A stretch of 64,000 nucleotides of DNA, taken from an uncultured Gemmatimonadaceae bacterium. GTDB taxonomy: Bacteria > Gemmatimonadota > Gemmatimonadetes > Gemmatimonadales > Gemmatimonadaceae. Both the position numbers and the translations under genes were made by a program. Of the stretch, positions 41,665 through 52,632 are shown piece after piece. Below the pieces are notes generated by a model, which was not told the DNA's origin, did no database searches, and was given only the letters and a program-made list of their open reading frames with translations. Numbering within the stretch: position 1 is the stretch's first letter; every line of letters starts with the position of its first letter. Location: contig CAWBOC010000008.1 in the NCBI GenBank assembly GCA_963790305.1, forward strand, positions 1 to 64,000, read 5' to 3'.

Positions 41665-43158
41665 TCAGGCCTCCGTACCGCCAGATCCAGCCTCGACGAC
41701 GTGTTTGCGGCGTTCCCCACGCAGCTGCCGCTCTCGACGCAGTCGGTGCGCCTTTACGAGCATCGCGGTGCCGATCCAGGCGATGATGAGCCCGAGGGGA
41801 ATCGTGACGAGCCGCGGCCAGAATAGCATGAGGAGGGCGATGGCCACGCAGATCCCGCCAAGCGCGGCGGCCGCGCGCGCTTCGGCGGCGCCGAGCACGC
41901 GGTGCTCGGTGAGCATCGCGCTGGCGGTGTTTCCGAGGCGCAGCGCTCCGGCGGCGATCCGTCCAGCGCTCCCGACTCGGCGCCGCGGCATCGAGGGCGC
42001 GCGCAGTATCCGGCGCCGATCGGTGACTCGCGCCTCACTCAGGACGATCTCGGTCGAGTTTTCGAGATCGTCGAGATACATCGCGGCCATCTTCTCAGCG
42101 AATCCCTTGTCGTTCACCGCGACGTCCAGCTCCCAGTTGCCGATCCAGCTCGCAATGTTGAGGTTGCTCGAGCCCACCCGCGCCCATTCGTCGTCGCCGA
42201 CGGCGGTCTTCGCGTGCAGCATGGAGCCGCGCCATTCGAAGACGCGGATTCCCGCCTCGAGGAGCGGCCGATATCCGGACCGCGTGAAGGCCTGCATCAC
42301 TGGAATGTCGCTGGTTCCCGGGACGAGAAGGCGCACGTCGACGTCGTCGAGCGCGGCAGCACGCAACGCCTGCACGTACTCCGGCGTGCCGGCGAAGTAC
42401 GCGTCGGTGAGCCACCAGCGCTCGCGCGCCGCCGAGGCCATGAGGTGCGCGAGGCGCACCATGCGCGCGCTCCACGGCTCACTGGCGACGACACGCACCG
42501 CCATGTTGCCCGCGGGGGGCGTATCACGCACTGCCAGAAGGTCCTCGGAATCGCCCAGGCGCCCGGCGACTCTCCACGCCCGGGCGAAGGCCCGCTCGAC
42601 GTCGTCCACCGCCGGCCCGTGAAGCTCGAGCCCCGTGTCACGCCAGGGCGCTATGCCTCGTTGGGGATCTCCCACCCACTGCTGGCCAACGCACAGGCCC
42701 GACACGAAGCCGACGAGTCCATCCACAATGAGAGACTTGCGGTGGTCGCGGTGTACCCAGCCTAACGGGCTCGAGACACGGAGCGGGTTGAAGACACGGA
42801 CCTCCACGCCGGCACGACTCATCGCATCCCAGAATCGGCGGGACGTCTTGCCAACGCCGCCCAGCCAGTCGTAGAGCACCCTGACGCGCACGCCGTCACG
42901 AGCCTTGGCGCTCAGGGCATCGGCAAAGGCTGTCCCCGACGCGTCCTCCCAAATGATGTAGGTCTCGAAGTGGATCGTCCGCTCTGCGGCAGCGATGGCA
43001 TCCAGCCAGGCGGGATAATTCTCCGCGGCATCCCGAAGCAGGCGAACGCTGTTGCCGGTGACGAGCGGGCCGCCCGCCGCCCGGGAGAATGCCTGCTCGA
43101 GCAAGCTCCGCTCGGATGCCACGCGCGAAGCGGCGTCGGCGACCGCGGCGCTGGTCAT
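41665..43158 (-). CDS. cls: Cardiolipin synthase-like phospholipase D
   Basis: Two HKD motifs ([16 protein letters not shown]); WRDT; GSSN. Confidence 0.88.
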   Translation of the reverse strand: MTSAAVADAASRVASERSLLEQAFSRAAGGPLVTGNSVRLLRDAAENYPAWLDAIAAAERTIHFETYIIWEDASGTAFADALSAKARDGVRVRVLYDWLGGVGKTSRRFWDAMSRAGVEVRVFNPLRVSSPLGWVHRDHRKSLIVDGLVGFVSGLCVGQQWVGDPQRGIAPWRDTGLELHGPAVDDVERAFARAWRVAGRLGDSEDLLAVRDTPPAGNMAVRVVASEPWSARMVRLAHLMASAARERWWLTDAYFAGTPEYVQALRAAALDDVDVRLLVPGTSDIPVMQAFTRSGYRPLLEAGIRVFEWRGSMLHAKTAVGDDEWARVGSSNLNIASWIGNWELDVAVNDKGFAEKMAAMYLDDLENSTEIVLSEARVTDRRRILRAPSMPRRRVGSAGRIAAGALRLGNTASAMLTEHRVLGAAEARAAAALGGICVAIALLMLFWPRLVTIPLGLIIAWIGTAMLVKAHRLRRERQLRGERRKHVVEAGSGGTEA

Positions 43159-44044
43159 GCTTCGAGCTCCTCGAGCGTTCGCGGCCAATCCTGCTTGAGC
43201 AGCCGAGACATGGCGCGATCGGCGAGCAGGCGACCGTCCGTCTGACACCGCGCGCAATAGTTCGTCTCGTTGGCCGCGTATCGAATGCGCTGTACCGGTG
43301 TGCCGCAGACGGGACAGGGTTGCTTGAATCGTCCGTGCACCGCCATCCCCTCACGAAATGCGGTCACCTTTTCGGGGAACGCGTTCCGGGCTTCCGCGCC
43401 GAGGCGATCGATCCAGTCGCGGAGGTGTCGATCGAACGCTGGCGAAGAGACGGCTCACCCCTTCGTCGTCGAGCCGCCGCGTAAGCTGAAGCGGCGAAAG
43501 CCTTGCCCGATGAAGGATCTCGTCGGAATAGGCGTTACCGATTCCGTCGAAGAGTCGGGGATCGGTAAGGGCGCGCTTGAGCGTATGGCTCTCCGACCGC
43601 AGACGCTCCGCGAACTGATCCTCCGTGATCTCGAGGACGTTGAGCCCGCCGCGTCTGAATGGCTCGAGCGCCGATGCGCCGCGTACGAGATGCATGGAGG
43701 CGCGACGCTTCGTCCCCGCTTCAGTGAGCGCGAGCGTTCCAGCAGGAAAGTCGAAGGCGGCCAGCGTTATCCGTCCGAACAGCTTCCCGTCGCGCGCGCG
43801 CCAGCGGAGCCGCCCGGCGATCATGAGGTGAATCACGAGATACAGGTCGTCATCGAGCGCGAATAGAATTCGCTTCCCGAGGCGATCGAGCGAGCGCACG
43901 GACTTGCCTTCGATCTCCGCGAAGGGTGGATCGACCGTGCGCAGCACGAATGGGCTGAGCACTCGCGCGATGCTCGATAGACTGGCCCAGGACCCGTGGG
44001 CCGAGCGCTTCGAGATAGGCGAGGATGTCGGGCAGCTCTGGCAT
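43155..44044 (-). CDS. Fpg/Nei family DNA glycosylase (two frameshifts)
   Basis: MPELPD N-terminus, [21 protein letters not shown]...CARCQ zinc finger. Confidence 0.88.
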
Positions 44045-44128
44045 TGGGCAGGTAGATGGCTTGCTGCGAAACTGGCTATTCCACGCCGCCGTACGGTCGA
44101 CCGCCTCCTACCCTCCCGAGGGACCCCG

Positions 44129-44563
44129 ATGTCGTTCCGCTTCCTCGCAGTCGCCGCAACGCTCCTTCTGATGACCGCCACGGCGACGGCTCAATCCTCC
44201 CCGACAATGCCGCCCCCGCCGACGACCGATCTCGTCGTGGCCGGTCGCAAGCTCGCGAACTGGATTCTCTCCAATCAACTCGACAGCGTTGCCGCGAACC
44301 TCGCGCCGAACTCGAACGCCGACACGGTCAGGAAGGAGCTCTCGCGTCAGGTCGAGGAGATCGCCATCCACGGTGGAAACGAGCTCAAGGTGAACGAGGA
44401 GAAGGTGGTGCGCCGGAACGGCCGCTACCAGTACTGGCGGATCTCCGAGTTCGAGAATGCGCCCAGCACGGTGCTTCTGCGAATCGTGCTCACGCCGGAC
44501 GGGAAATACGCGGGAATCGGGATCGGGTTGCTGAACAACGCGCCACCCACGGATCCGGACTAG
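44129..44563 (+). CDS. Hypothetical secreted protein
   Basis: Signal peptide; GAGG RBS. Confidence 0.65.
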   Translation: MSFRFLAVAATLLLMTATATAQSSPTMPPPPTTDLVVAGRKLANWILSNQLDSVAANLAPNSNADTVRKELSRQVEEIAIHGGNELKVNEEKVVRRNGRYQYWRISEFENAPSTVLLRIVLTPDGKYAGIGIGLLNNAPPTDPD

Positions 44564-44578
44564 AGGCCAGGGTGGTCC

Positions 44579-45791
44579 TCATTTCCAGCCAATCTTCCTC
44601 TCCGATCTCAAGGTAAAGCTCGAGTCTCCAACCGCGTCCATTGCGATCGTCGCCACATCCGCCACGTCCGCGCGCACGTCGGCGAGGATGGCCAGCGGAA
44701 CTGGAGATTCGCTCGGCAGTACGTGATTCGTCAGCACGATCACGAAGAGCTCGCGCTCGGGATCGATCCACATTGACGTCCCGGTGAATCCGGTGTGGCC
44801 GAAGGCGCGCTCACCCATGCGTTGACCGCAGCTCGCGCCGCCCGCGCACGTATCCCACCCGAGCGCACGCCATCCGGCGCTGCGCCGCGTGAAGCGCTCG
44901 ACCGCGCTGTCGCTGGCAATGCGGACCTGACCGGTGGTGCCACCGTTGAGCAGAGCGAGGGCAAGCCGCGCGAGATCGTCCGCGGTCGAGAAGAGTCCCG
45001 CATGTCCGGCCACGCCGCCGAGCCGCCGGGCGTTGCCGTCGTGCACGACGCCGGGCGAAAGTGTCAACGAGGTCGGCGCGATGTGCTCCTGGTGAGACGG
45101 GGACGGGCGAAAGCTCGTGTGCCGCATGCCGAGTGGGCGAAAGACGCGTCGCTCGACGAACCGGTCGATTGGCTCGCGCGCGATGGCTTCGACGACCAGC
45201 GCAAGGATGGCCGGTCCGGCATCCGAGTATGTGCCACGCGCGCCAGGCTCGCGGGTCACCGGCGTCGTAAGGATGGCGCGCCGCGCACTTGCCGGCGTTG
45301 CGGCGCCGCCGAACGCCGGGGCGGCAGGCAGCCCCGAGCGGTGGGTCAGTCAGATGCTCGACGGTCACGCGATCACGCCCCTCGCCGCGGAATTCCGGGA
45401 GGTAGCGGGACACCGGCGCGTCGAGCCGCAGGCGTCCTTCATCCCAGAGTATCATCGCCGCCATCGTGGTGGACGCGACCTTCGTGAGCGACGCCACGTC
45501 GTACATCGTTTCCATCGGCGTCACGGGCGGACTCAGCATCGACCACGAGAGACGTCCGAACCCGCGTCGCCACACCACGCCCTCTCGCCGGCCGACCACG
45601 GTGACGATGCCGGGGTAGCCGCCCGCCGCCAGCCCCTCGAGCAACGCTCGATCGATGCGACGGAGCTTCGCCGTCGACATCCCGACGCTCTCCGGGACGA
45701 CGAGCGGCAGCGCGTCACGCGTCTGCTCCACCGGCGGTGCGAGGGCGAGCGTCATGGCGACCACGCCTGCCACGAGCCCCGCACGCCTCAC
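44579..45791 (-). CDS. Serine hydrolase, beta-lactamase family (frameshifted near 45350)
   Basis: ASLTK, YSD, GHAGLFS, GHTGFTG. Confidence 0.85.
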
Positions 45792-45795
45792 GAGA

Positions 45796-46134
45796 CTACG
45801 ACCGGAAGATGAAATAGACGGCCCCGAGGATGCAGAGGCCCGCCCACAGATAATCGAGCTTCACGGGCTCGCGCATGTACAGCACGGCGAAGGGCACGAA
45901 CACGGTAAGGGCAAGAACCTCCTGGAGAATCTTGAGCTGGGAGAGGTTCATCACCTGATACCCAATGCGATTCGCCGGCACCTGCAGCATGTACTCGAAC
46001 AGCGCGATTCCCCAGCTCGCCAGCGCCGCGATCCACCACGGCTTCGCGCTCATGTTCCGGAGATGGGCGTACCACGCGAACGTCATGAAGACGTTCGAGC
46101 AGGCCAGCAGGAGGATCGTGCGAAGGATTATCAG
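45796..46134 (-). CDS. DMT-family membrane protein (DUF486); start uncertain
   Basis: [32 protein letters not shown]. Confidence 0.85.
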   Translation of the reverse strand: MIILRTILLLACSNVFMTFAWYAHLRNMSAKPWWIAALASWGIALFEYMLQVPANRIGYQVMNLSQLKILQEVLALTVFVPFAVLYMREPVKLDYLWAGLCILGAVYFIFRS

Positions 46135-46532
46135 CCCTTCTCCTTCGCGAGCTTGAGCGACGCCGAGTTGATGCAGTAGCGCATCCCGGTGGGGTTCGGG
46201 CCGTCGTCGAAGATGTGGCCGAGGTGGCCACCGCAATTGGCGCAATGCACCTCCACGCGCCGCATGCCGAAGGCGCGATCCTCCTCGGTCGCCACGTTGC
46301 CGTCCGCGATCGGAGCCCAGAAGCTCGGCCATCCGCTTCCCGAATCGTACTTCGTCTCCGACGAGAAGAGCTCGGTGCCGCAGCCCGCGCACAGATACTT
46401 GCCCGGCTCCTTCGTGTTGACATACGCGCCGGTGAAGGCGCGCTCAGTTCCCTTCTCTCGCAGCACGTGGTACTGCTCGGGCGTGAGCTCCTTCTTCCAG
46501 TCCTTCTCGACCTTGTTCGATGTATCTGTCAT
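46131..46532 (-). CDS. msrB: Peptide-methionine (R)-S-oxide reductase
   Basis: [29 protein letters not shown]. Confidence 0.96.
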   Translation of the reverse strand: MTDTSNKVEKDWKKELTPEQYHVLREKGTERAFTGAYVNTKEPGKYLCAGCGTELFSSETKYDSGSGWPSFWAPIADGNVATEEDRAFGMRRVEVHCANCGGHLGHIFDDGPNPTGMRYCINSASLKLAKEKG

Positions 46533-46550
46533 GGTTCCTCACCTGAGGTG

Positions 46551-46656
46551 CAGGTTGTCAAGGTAGTCGAGGTAGTCGATGTCGAGGTGATCGAGGTGAC
46601 GTCGTTGCCTCTCCTCGATCACCTGGACGTCCTCGACAACCTCGCCCACCTCTGCT
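46551..46656. repeat. Palindrome of 9-nt tandem repeats, TCGAGGTNR family, copy A
   Basis: AGGTAGTCG-type left units, CCTCGATCA-type right units; loop shared with copies B and C (this copy reversed). Confidence 0.85.
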
Positions 46657-48204
46657 TCACGGCGCGGTCGGAGTCTCTTTCGCACGACGCACCATCTCGC
46701 GGACCTCGGCGAGCAGCTGCGGGGCGTCGAAGACGATGCCGTCCTTGATGGTCCAGCGCACGCCGCCGCGGCGCACCGCGCGACCGTTCTCGATTGTCTC
46801 GACGCCGGTGCCATATAGAACCTTGAGATTGTGCAGCGGGTTCCCGTCCACGATGGCGAGGTCCGCCTCGAATCCCTGCCGAATGACACCGGTGTTGGGG
46901 AGCCCGAGCGCCTTCGCGCCATTCGCGCTGGCGTGGCGAATCACCTCGAGGGGATGGAAGCCGGCTTCCTGGTGCAGCTCCATCTCACGAATGGTCGCGA
47001 ACCCGTAGAGATGGTAGATGAAGCCCGCGTCCGACCCGACGGTCACGTTCCCGCCGCGCGCGGCGTACTCGCGAACCCACCGCATCCAGATGCGGTAGTT
47101 GTTCCGCCACATGATCTCGTCGGTCGTCGTCCAGTCGAAGTGATACGACCCATGACGATGGGGATCGGGCTCGAAGAACGCGAGCACGTTCGGCATCGCG
47201 TACTCCGGGAACCAGGGAAGCGTGCGCGCCCGAGCGAGATCGCGATTGGCCTCGTACACCGCGAACGTGGGATCCCACGTCACGTTGTGCGCGAGCATGG
47301 TGTCGAGCACCGCCGAGAGGCGGGCGGAATCCGCCTGCCGCCAGAGATCGCCCGCCCAGCGGAACCGATCGAGCTCGTCGTCGTAGCTGTAATCGACGGG
47401 GAAGTTCTGCGGGCCGGGAATCGCCGCATCGGGCACGCCGTACCAGTGCTCGAGAGAGCGAATGCCGAGGCGCGCGGCGCCCACCGCGTCGAGCTCCTGA
47501 ATCTTGAGATCGGTCGCGATCGGCAGGCCCAGCGCTTTCGCTTCCTCGGCGATCGCGTCCCACACGTCCAGCCGGTTGATGAATACCTTGAGGCCGACGC
47601 CGCCCTTCGCTTTCGCCCGGCGCACCGCCTCGCGCGCGGCAGCCGGCGTCTCGCCCCCCACCGTCACGTAGGGGATGATCGTCGGCGCGGCAATGCGATT
47701 CTCCGAGGATAACCGCGCATGCGCGACGGTCGTGTCCGTGCCCTCGCCGGAGCCGGGCTCGCGAATGGTGGTGATGCCGTGGCCAAGCCAGAGCTTGTAC
47801 ACGTAGTCCTTCGGCATCGCCTGGCGGTTGCGCGAGAAGTGAATGTGCCCGTGCAGGTCGACGATGCCCGGCATTACGTACATGCCGGTGGCATCGATGA
47901 CGCGGTCCGCGGTCGGAGCGCGCGCGCTGTCGCGCCGTCCAGTGCCGAACTCGTCAGGCGCGGTCGTCGGAGCGACGCGGACGATCGTCGACCCTTCGAC
48001 CAGAATGTCCATGGGCCCGCGCGCGGGATTGCCGGTCCCGTCGATGACCATGGCGTTCCGGATGAGGAGACGATTGTAGCGCTGCCCGGTGGACGGCGAC
48101 GGCGCTTGCGCGGAGAGAGTCGCGGCCGTGAGGAGCGCGACGACTGCGACGGCGGAGCGAATGGAGAGCACGAGCAATCCTCGGCGGAGTGTGTTCTCTC
48201 GCAT
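46657..48204 (-). CDS. Secreted amidohydrolase family protein
   Basis: IDATGMYVMPGIVDLHGH, GSDAG, ADLAIVDGNP. Confidence 0.85.
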   Translation of the reverse strand: MRENTLRRGLLVLSIRSAVAVVALLTAATLSAQAPSPSTGQRYNRLLIRNAMVIDGTGNPARGPMDILVEGSTIVRVAPTTAPDEFGTGRRDSARAPTADRVIDATGMYVMPGIVDLHGHIHFSRNRQAMPKDYVYKLWLGHGITTIREPGSGEGTDTTVAHARLSSENRIAAPTIIPYVTVGGETPAAAREAVRRAKAKGGVGLKVFINRLDVWDAIAEEAKALGLPIATDLKIQELDAVGAARLGIRSLEHWYGVPDAAIPGPQNFPVDYSYDDELDRFRWAGDLWRQADSARLSAVLDTMLAHNVTWDPTFAVYEANRDLARARTLPWFPEYAMPNVLAFFEPDPHRHGSYHFDWTTTDEIMWRNNYRIWMRWVREYAARGGNVTVGSDAGFIYHLYGFATIREMELHQEAGFHPLEVIRHASANGAKALGLPNTGVIRQGFEADLAIVDGNPLHNLKVLYGTGVETIENGRAVRRGGVRWTIKDGIVFDAPQLLAEVREMVRRAKETPTAP

Positions 48205-48234
48205 GATGTCGCGGCGACGCTCGGGATTCAATAC

Positions 48235-48326
48235 AGCAGAGGTGATCGAGGTCGTCGAGGTGATCGAGGAGAGGCAGCGACGTTCCCCTTGATCACCTGG
48301 ACGACCTCGACAGCCTCGATCACCTG
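48235..48326. repeat. Palindrome of 9-nt tandem repeats, TCGAGGTNR family, copy B
   Basis: AGCAGAGGTGATCGAGGTCGTCGAGGTGATCGAGG-AGAGGCAGCGACGTT-CCCCTTGATCACCTGGACGACCTCG. Confidence 0.85.
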
Positions 48327-48330
48327 GGCT

Positions 48331-48792
48331 TTACGAAACCTCGAACTCCTCGTGCCCGACGGTCGCATCGTCGAGAAGGATCTCGACCCGATATTTGCCC
48401 TTTTGCCAACCCGCGGGCTGCACCAGGTGGAACTCTGCGATCGTCTCGCCAACGGGGGTGACCGTCCGCACCGTCTCGTCGATGACCTGGCCGGATTCCC
48501 CGGTCCACCGCGCCTTGAGTGTCGCGGCGTTCGCGCGCCCGATCATCACGACAGACGCGTAGATGGTATCGGTTATTCGGAACTCATCCGTCGGCTCGAT
48601 CACGCGGTTGTCGGGGCCAATGGCTCGGCCCAGGTCGATCTCCACGATGCGCAGCGGATCGCTGACCCGCTCGATGACGACGTCTCCCCGGGATTCCTCA
48701 CTTCCTTCGGCGCGGCAGCCGAGGATGACTCCCGAAACCGTCGTGAGTCCCACCACCGTTGCCCTGCGCAACCTGTTCCAACTGGCCGACAT
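48331..48792 (-). CDS. Hypothetical lipoprotein
   Basis: GAGGA RBS; ILGC lipobox; Ig-like C-terminus GKYRVEILLD. Confidence 0.75.
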   Translation of the reverse strand: MSASWNRLRRATVVGLTTVSGVILGCRAEGSEESRGDVVIERVSDPLRIVEIDLGRAIGPDNRVIEPTDEFRITDTIYASVVMIGRANAATLKARWTGESGQVIDETVRTVTPVGETIAEFHLVQPAGWQKGKYRVEILLDDATVGHEEFEVS

Positions 48793-48873
48793 CAGTCCTC
48801 CTGGATGCCTGACGAGGCGGCAGAAAGCGTGCCGGTGAGGGTCGGGCGGTGTCGTCGTGATGCATATCACTAT

Positions 48874-48975
48874 CGGAATGCGGAATTCGGAATGCGGAAG
48901 TTTGCGGGGAACGCCCCTGCAACGATCACTGATCCGCATTCCGTATTCCGCATTCTTACTCCGTGTTCCGCATTC
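48874..48975. repeat. Palindrome of 7-nt tandem repeats (CGGAATG / CCGCATT)
   Basis: Four left units, about five right units, ~33-nt spacer. Confidence 0.85.
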
Positions 48976-48979
48976 TTCC

Positions 48980-51066
48980 TTACGGAACGGCCCCTCCCAG
49001 CAGATATCGCGCAAACCAGCCCTGCACCTCACTCCACCACAACCGCTGGTTCTGCGGCTTGAGGATCCAGTGGCCTTCGTCGGGGAACACCAGCAGGCGG
49101 CTGGGAACGCCGCGGCGCTGGAGAGCGGTGAAGAGCGACAGACCCTCCGTGTAGGGCACGCGGTAGTCGAGCTCGCCATGAATCACCAGCGTCGGCGTCT
49201 CGAAGTTCTGCGCGAAAAGGTGCGGGGAGTACCGTCGATACTGTGTCGCCATCGCCGTCGAGTCCCACCATGGGCCGCCGAATTCCCAGTCGGTGAACCA
49301 GAGCTCCTCGGTCGCGCCATACATCGCTTCGAGATTGAACACGCCGGCATGCGTCACGAGCGCGTCGAATCGATTGGTGTGCCCGGCGATCCAGTTGGTC
49401 ATGTAGCCGCCGAACGACCCTCCCGTGGCGCCAAGCCGGGTGGAGTCCATCCACGTGTTGCGGGAGAGGGCAGTGTTGAGCGCCTGCATGAGGTCCGTGT
49501 ACACCTCATCGCCCCAGTTTTTCGTGACGGAATCGAGAAAGGCCTGACCGTAGCCAGTCGATCCGCGCGGGTTCACGATCACGAGGCCGTAGCCTGGCGC
49601 CGCCAGCATCTGATAGTTCCAGCGCGAATGCCACGTGTCGAGCCAGGCGCCCTGGGGTCCGCCGTGAATCAGGAGCAAAACCGGAAATTTCTTCCCCGCC
49701 TCCCACTGCGGCGGGCGCAGCACGAAGCTGTGCACGCTGTCGCCGAGCGCTCCGCGCGACCACATCTCTTCGACAGGGTGCAGCTGGAGCTGCGCCACGA
49801 GAGAATCGTTGTGGTGCGTGAGCTGACGAACCCCAGTCACCCCCCGATCGGTGACACTCGCGACGAACACCTCATGCGGTCGGTTGGCGGCGTCGCGCAC
49901 CCACGCGATCATATTTGCGTTTCTCGCGAGCGTGAACTGCGTGTTGTTCCCGTCCCCGATGAGCAGCTCCGGTTTCTGAGCGCCCATGCCGTCCATCCGG
50001 AAACGAAACAGCTTGTCACGCCCGTGGTCCTGGGTGACGACGAACAGCCACGGATTGCTGGCGGAGAAGAAGTACGTCTCCACGCTCCGGTCCCAGCTGA
50101 GAGGCGCCTCGAGAGTCTCACCGGTGGTGCGGCGCTGGAGCATGAGCCGCCAGCGATCGGACTCGAAGCCGGCACGCCCCTGGGAGACGTAGGCGATGAA
50201 CGGCGCGTTCGGCGGATAGAGAGGATTTTGATCCGCGCCCTTGTTCGGCGTCGTGATCACCCGCGGAGCGCCACCCGCGATCGGCACGACGTAGATGTTC
50301 GCATCGGTATTCCACGCCTCGTCGCGCGTGGCGTTCTTTCGCGGTGTAGGCGATCTCCCGACCGTCGGGCGACCACGCGTACTGCTCGCTTCCGCCGAAG
50401 GGCGGCACCGGCACGTCGTAGCGCGCGCCGGCCGTAACGTCGCGAAGCCCCGTCCCGTCAACGTGGACGACGAACAGGTGTGAGCGCGTCCCGACGTCCC
50501 ATGCGGTCCAATGCCGGTACAGGAGTCGATCCGCGGTGTACGCCTTGACCTTGCTTTCCTCCCGTGCCTTCTCGCGCGCGCGGTTGCAGGCATCGTCCGC
50601 GCACTCCGGAGTCACCGTCGACACGAACGCGATGTGCGTTCCCGTCGGCGCCCAGACGATGCCGCTCGCACCGCCGACGAGGTTCGTGATGCGCCACGCG
50701 TTCCCGCCGCGCACATCCGACACCCAGAGCTGTCCGCCGGTGATGTAGGCAATGCGCGATCCGTCAGGCGACCACCGCGCTTCGTTGGCTCGCGTGGTAT
50801 CGTTCGGGAACCGCCGAGCGGCCCCGCCCGCCATTGACGGGCGCGAGCATGGTGTACGTGAGGCGTCGGTTCGCCTCTACGTCGGTGGTGCGGAGCGCGT
50901 ACAGGAGCGAGCGGCCGTCGGGGGACAGCTGTGGGTCCGACACCAGCCGCACGGCCGCGAAATCATTGAACGTCAGCGCGCGCTTCGCCTGCTGAGCGTG
51001 GCTCGAAGACGCCAGCGCCGCTAGCGATGTAAGTATGATGTAAGAGGTCTTGGCTACACGGTGCAT
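48980..51066 (-). CDS. S9 family (acylaminoacyl/dipeptidyl) peptidase (frameshifts near 50340 and 50830)
   Basis: SPDG propeller repeats, IHGGPQ, GGSFGG, DYRV, DEGHW. Confidence 0.9.
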
Positions 51067-51082
51067 AGGCGTATCGTGAGAG

Positions 51083-51184
51083 GCCGATTGCGGATTGCTG
51101 ATTGCGGATTGCCGACCTGCGATTCGGACCAGTGTCTCAATCCTCGGTCCTTGTCCCGCAATCCGCAATCCGCAATCCGCAATC
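51083..51184. repeat. Palindrome of 7-nt tandem repeats (GCGGATT / AATCCGC)
   Basis: Four left units and (CCGCAAT)x4, between divergent genes. Confidence 0.85.
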
Positions 51185-51210
51185 TTCCTCTCCCTACCAT
51201 CGGAGCTTCA

Positions 51211-52632
51211 ATGGCATTCCACCGTCCCTTCGCGACGCTCGCGATCGCCGTCGGCGTCGCTGCCTGCGCCAGCGGCAGCACGAGCGCGCCGGCGACCGCA
51301 CCCGCGCCTGCCGCGGCGCGGCAAACCACGCCTGCACGCTTCTCGATTCCGGTCGACTACGACACGCTGGCGAACGGCCTCAAGGTCGTCCTCTCGCGTG
51401 ACACGACCGCGCCCGTCGCCGCCGTCGCCGTGTACTACAACATCGGCTTCCGCATCGAGCCGCGCGACCGCACCGGCTTCGCGCACCTCTTCGAGCACAT
51501 GATGTTCCAGGGCTCGAACAACCTCGGAAAGATGGAGTTCATCAAGCTCGTGCAGTCGAACGGCGGCGTCCTCAACGGATCGACGCGGTTCGACTTCACG
51601 AACTACTTCGAGGTCGTCCCGTCCAACACGCTCGAGACCATGCTGTGGGCCGAGGCCGATCGCATGCGCGGCCTGGCGATCACGCAGGAAAACCTCACCA
51701 ACCAGCAGGGCGTGGTGAAGAACGAGGTCCGCGTGAACGTGCTGAACCAGCCGTACGGCGGATTTCCCTGGCTCGACATGCCGCAGATCGCGAACACGAA
51801 CTGGTACAACGCGCACAACTTCTACGGCGACCTCGAGGATCTCGACGCGGCCACGCTTGCCGACGTGCAGAGCTTCTTCAAGCAGTACTACGCCCCGAAC
51901 AACGCCGTGCTCGTCGTGGTCGGCGATTACGATCCGGCGCGGACCAAGGCGTGGATCGACAAGTACTTTGCGCCCACTCCCGCGCGTGGCGCTCCCGCCG
52001 AAGCCGGACATTACGGAGCCGCGGCAGACCGCCGAAAAGCGGCAAAGCAAGGAAGACCGCCTCGCGCAGCGCCCTGCCCTCGGCGTTCGCGTACCATATG
52101 CCGCCGCGCAATTCGCCCGAGTACTGGGCGATGGGGCTCATCGAGCAGATTCTCGTGCAGGGACGTGACAGCCGCCTCTTCCAGGAGCTCGTGCAGCGCC
52201 GCGGCTACACCGGCGCCGTGAACGGCGGCATCAACTTCGGGCTCGGGAACATGCTGAACTACGACGGCCCGATGCTCATGATCGACCTCGCTCATCCACG
52301 ATGCCGACAAGCCGGCCGATTCGATCATGGCCGCCATCGACGGCGTGATCGAGGATCTGCGCACGCGCCCGGTCGATGCGGCAACCCTCGAGCGCGCTCG
52401 CACGAAGGCTCGCTCGAGCTTCTACTCGTACCTCGAAGCATTGGGCGGCTTCGGGCGCGCCGACCTGCTCGCCGTCTTTGCCCTGTTCGACTCCGATCCG
52501 GCGCGCATCAACCGCCTGGAGGACGAGTTCGCGAAGGTCACACCCGAGCTGATCTTGCGGACCGCTCAGGAGTATCTGCGTCCGACGAATCGCACCATTC
52601 TCACCATTGAGCCAAGGAAGCCAACGCCATGA
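51211..52632 (+). CDS. M16 family zinc peptidase, catalytic subunit (several frameshifts)
   Basis: AAC lipobox; TGFAHLFEHMMFQGS; YYAPNNA. Confidence 0.88.
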
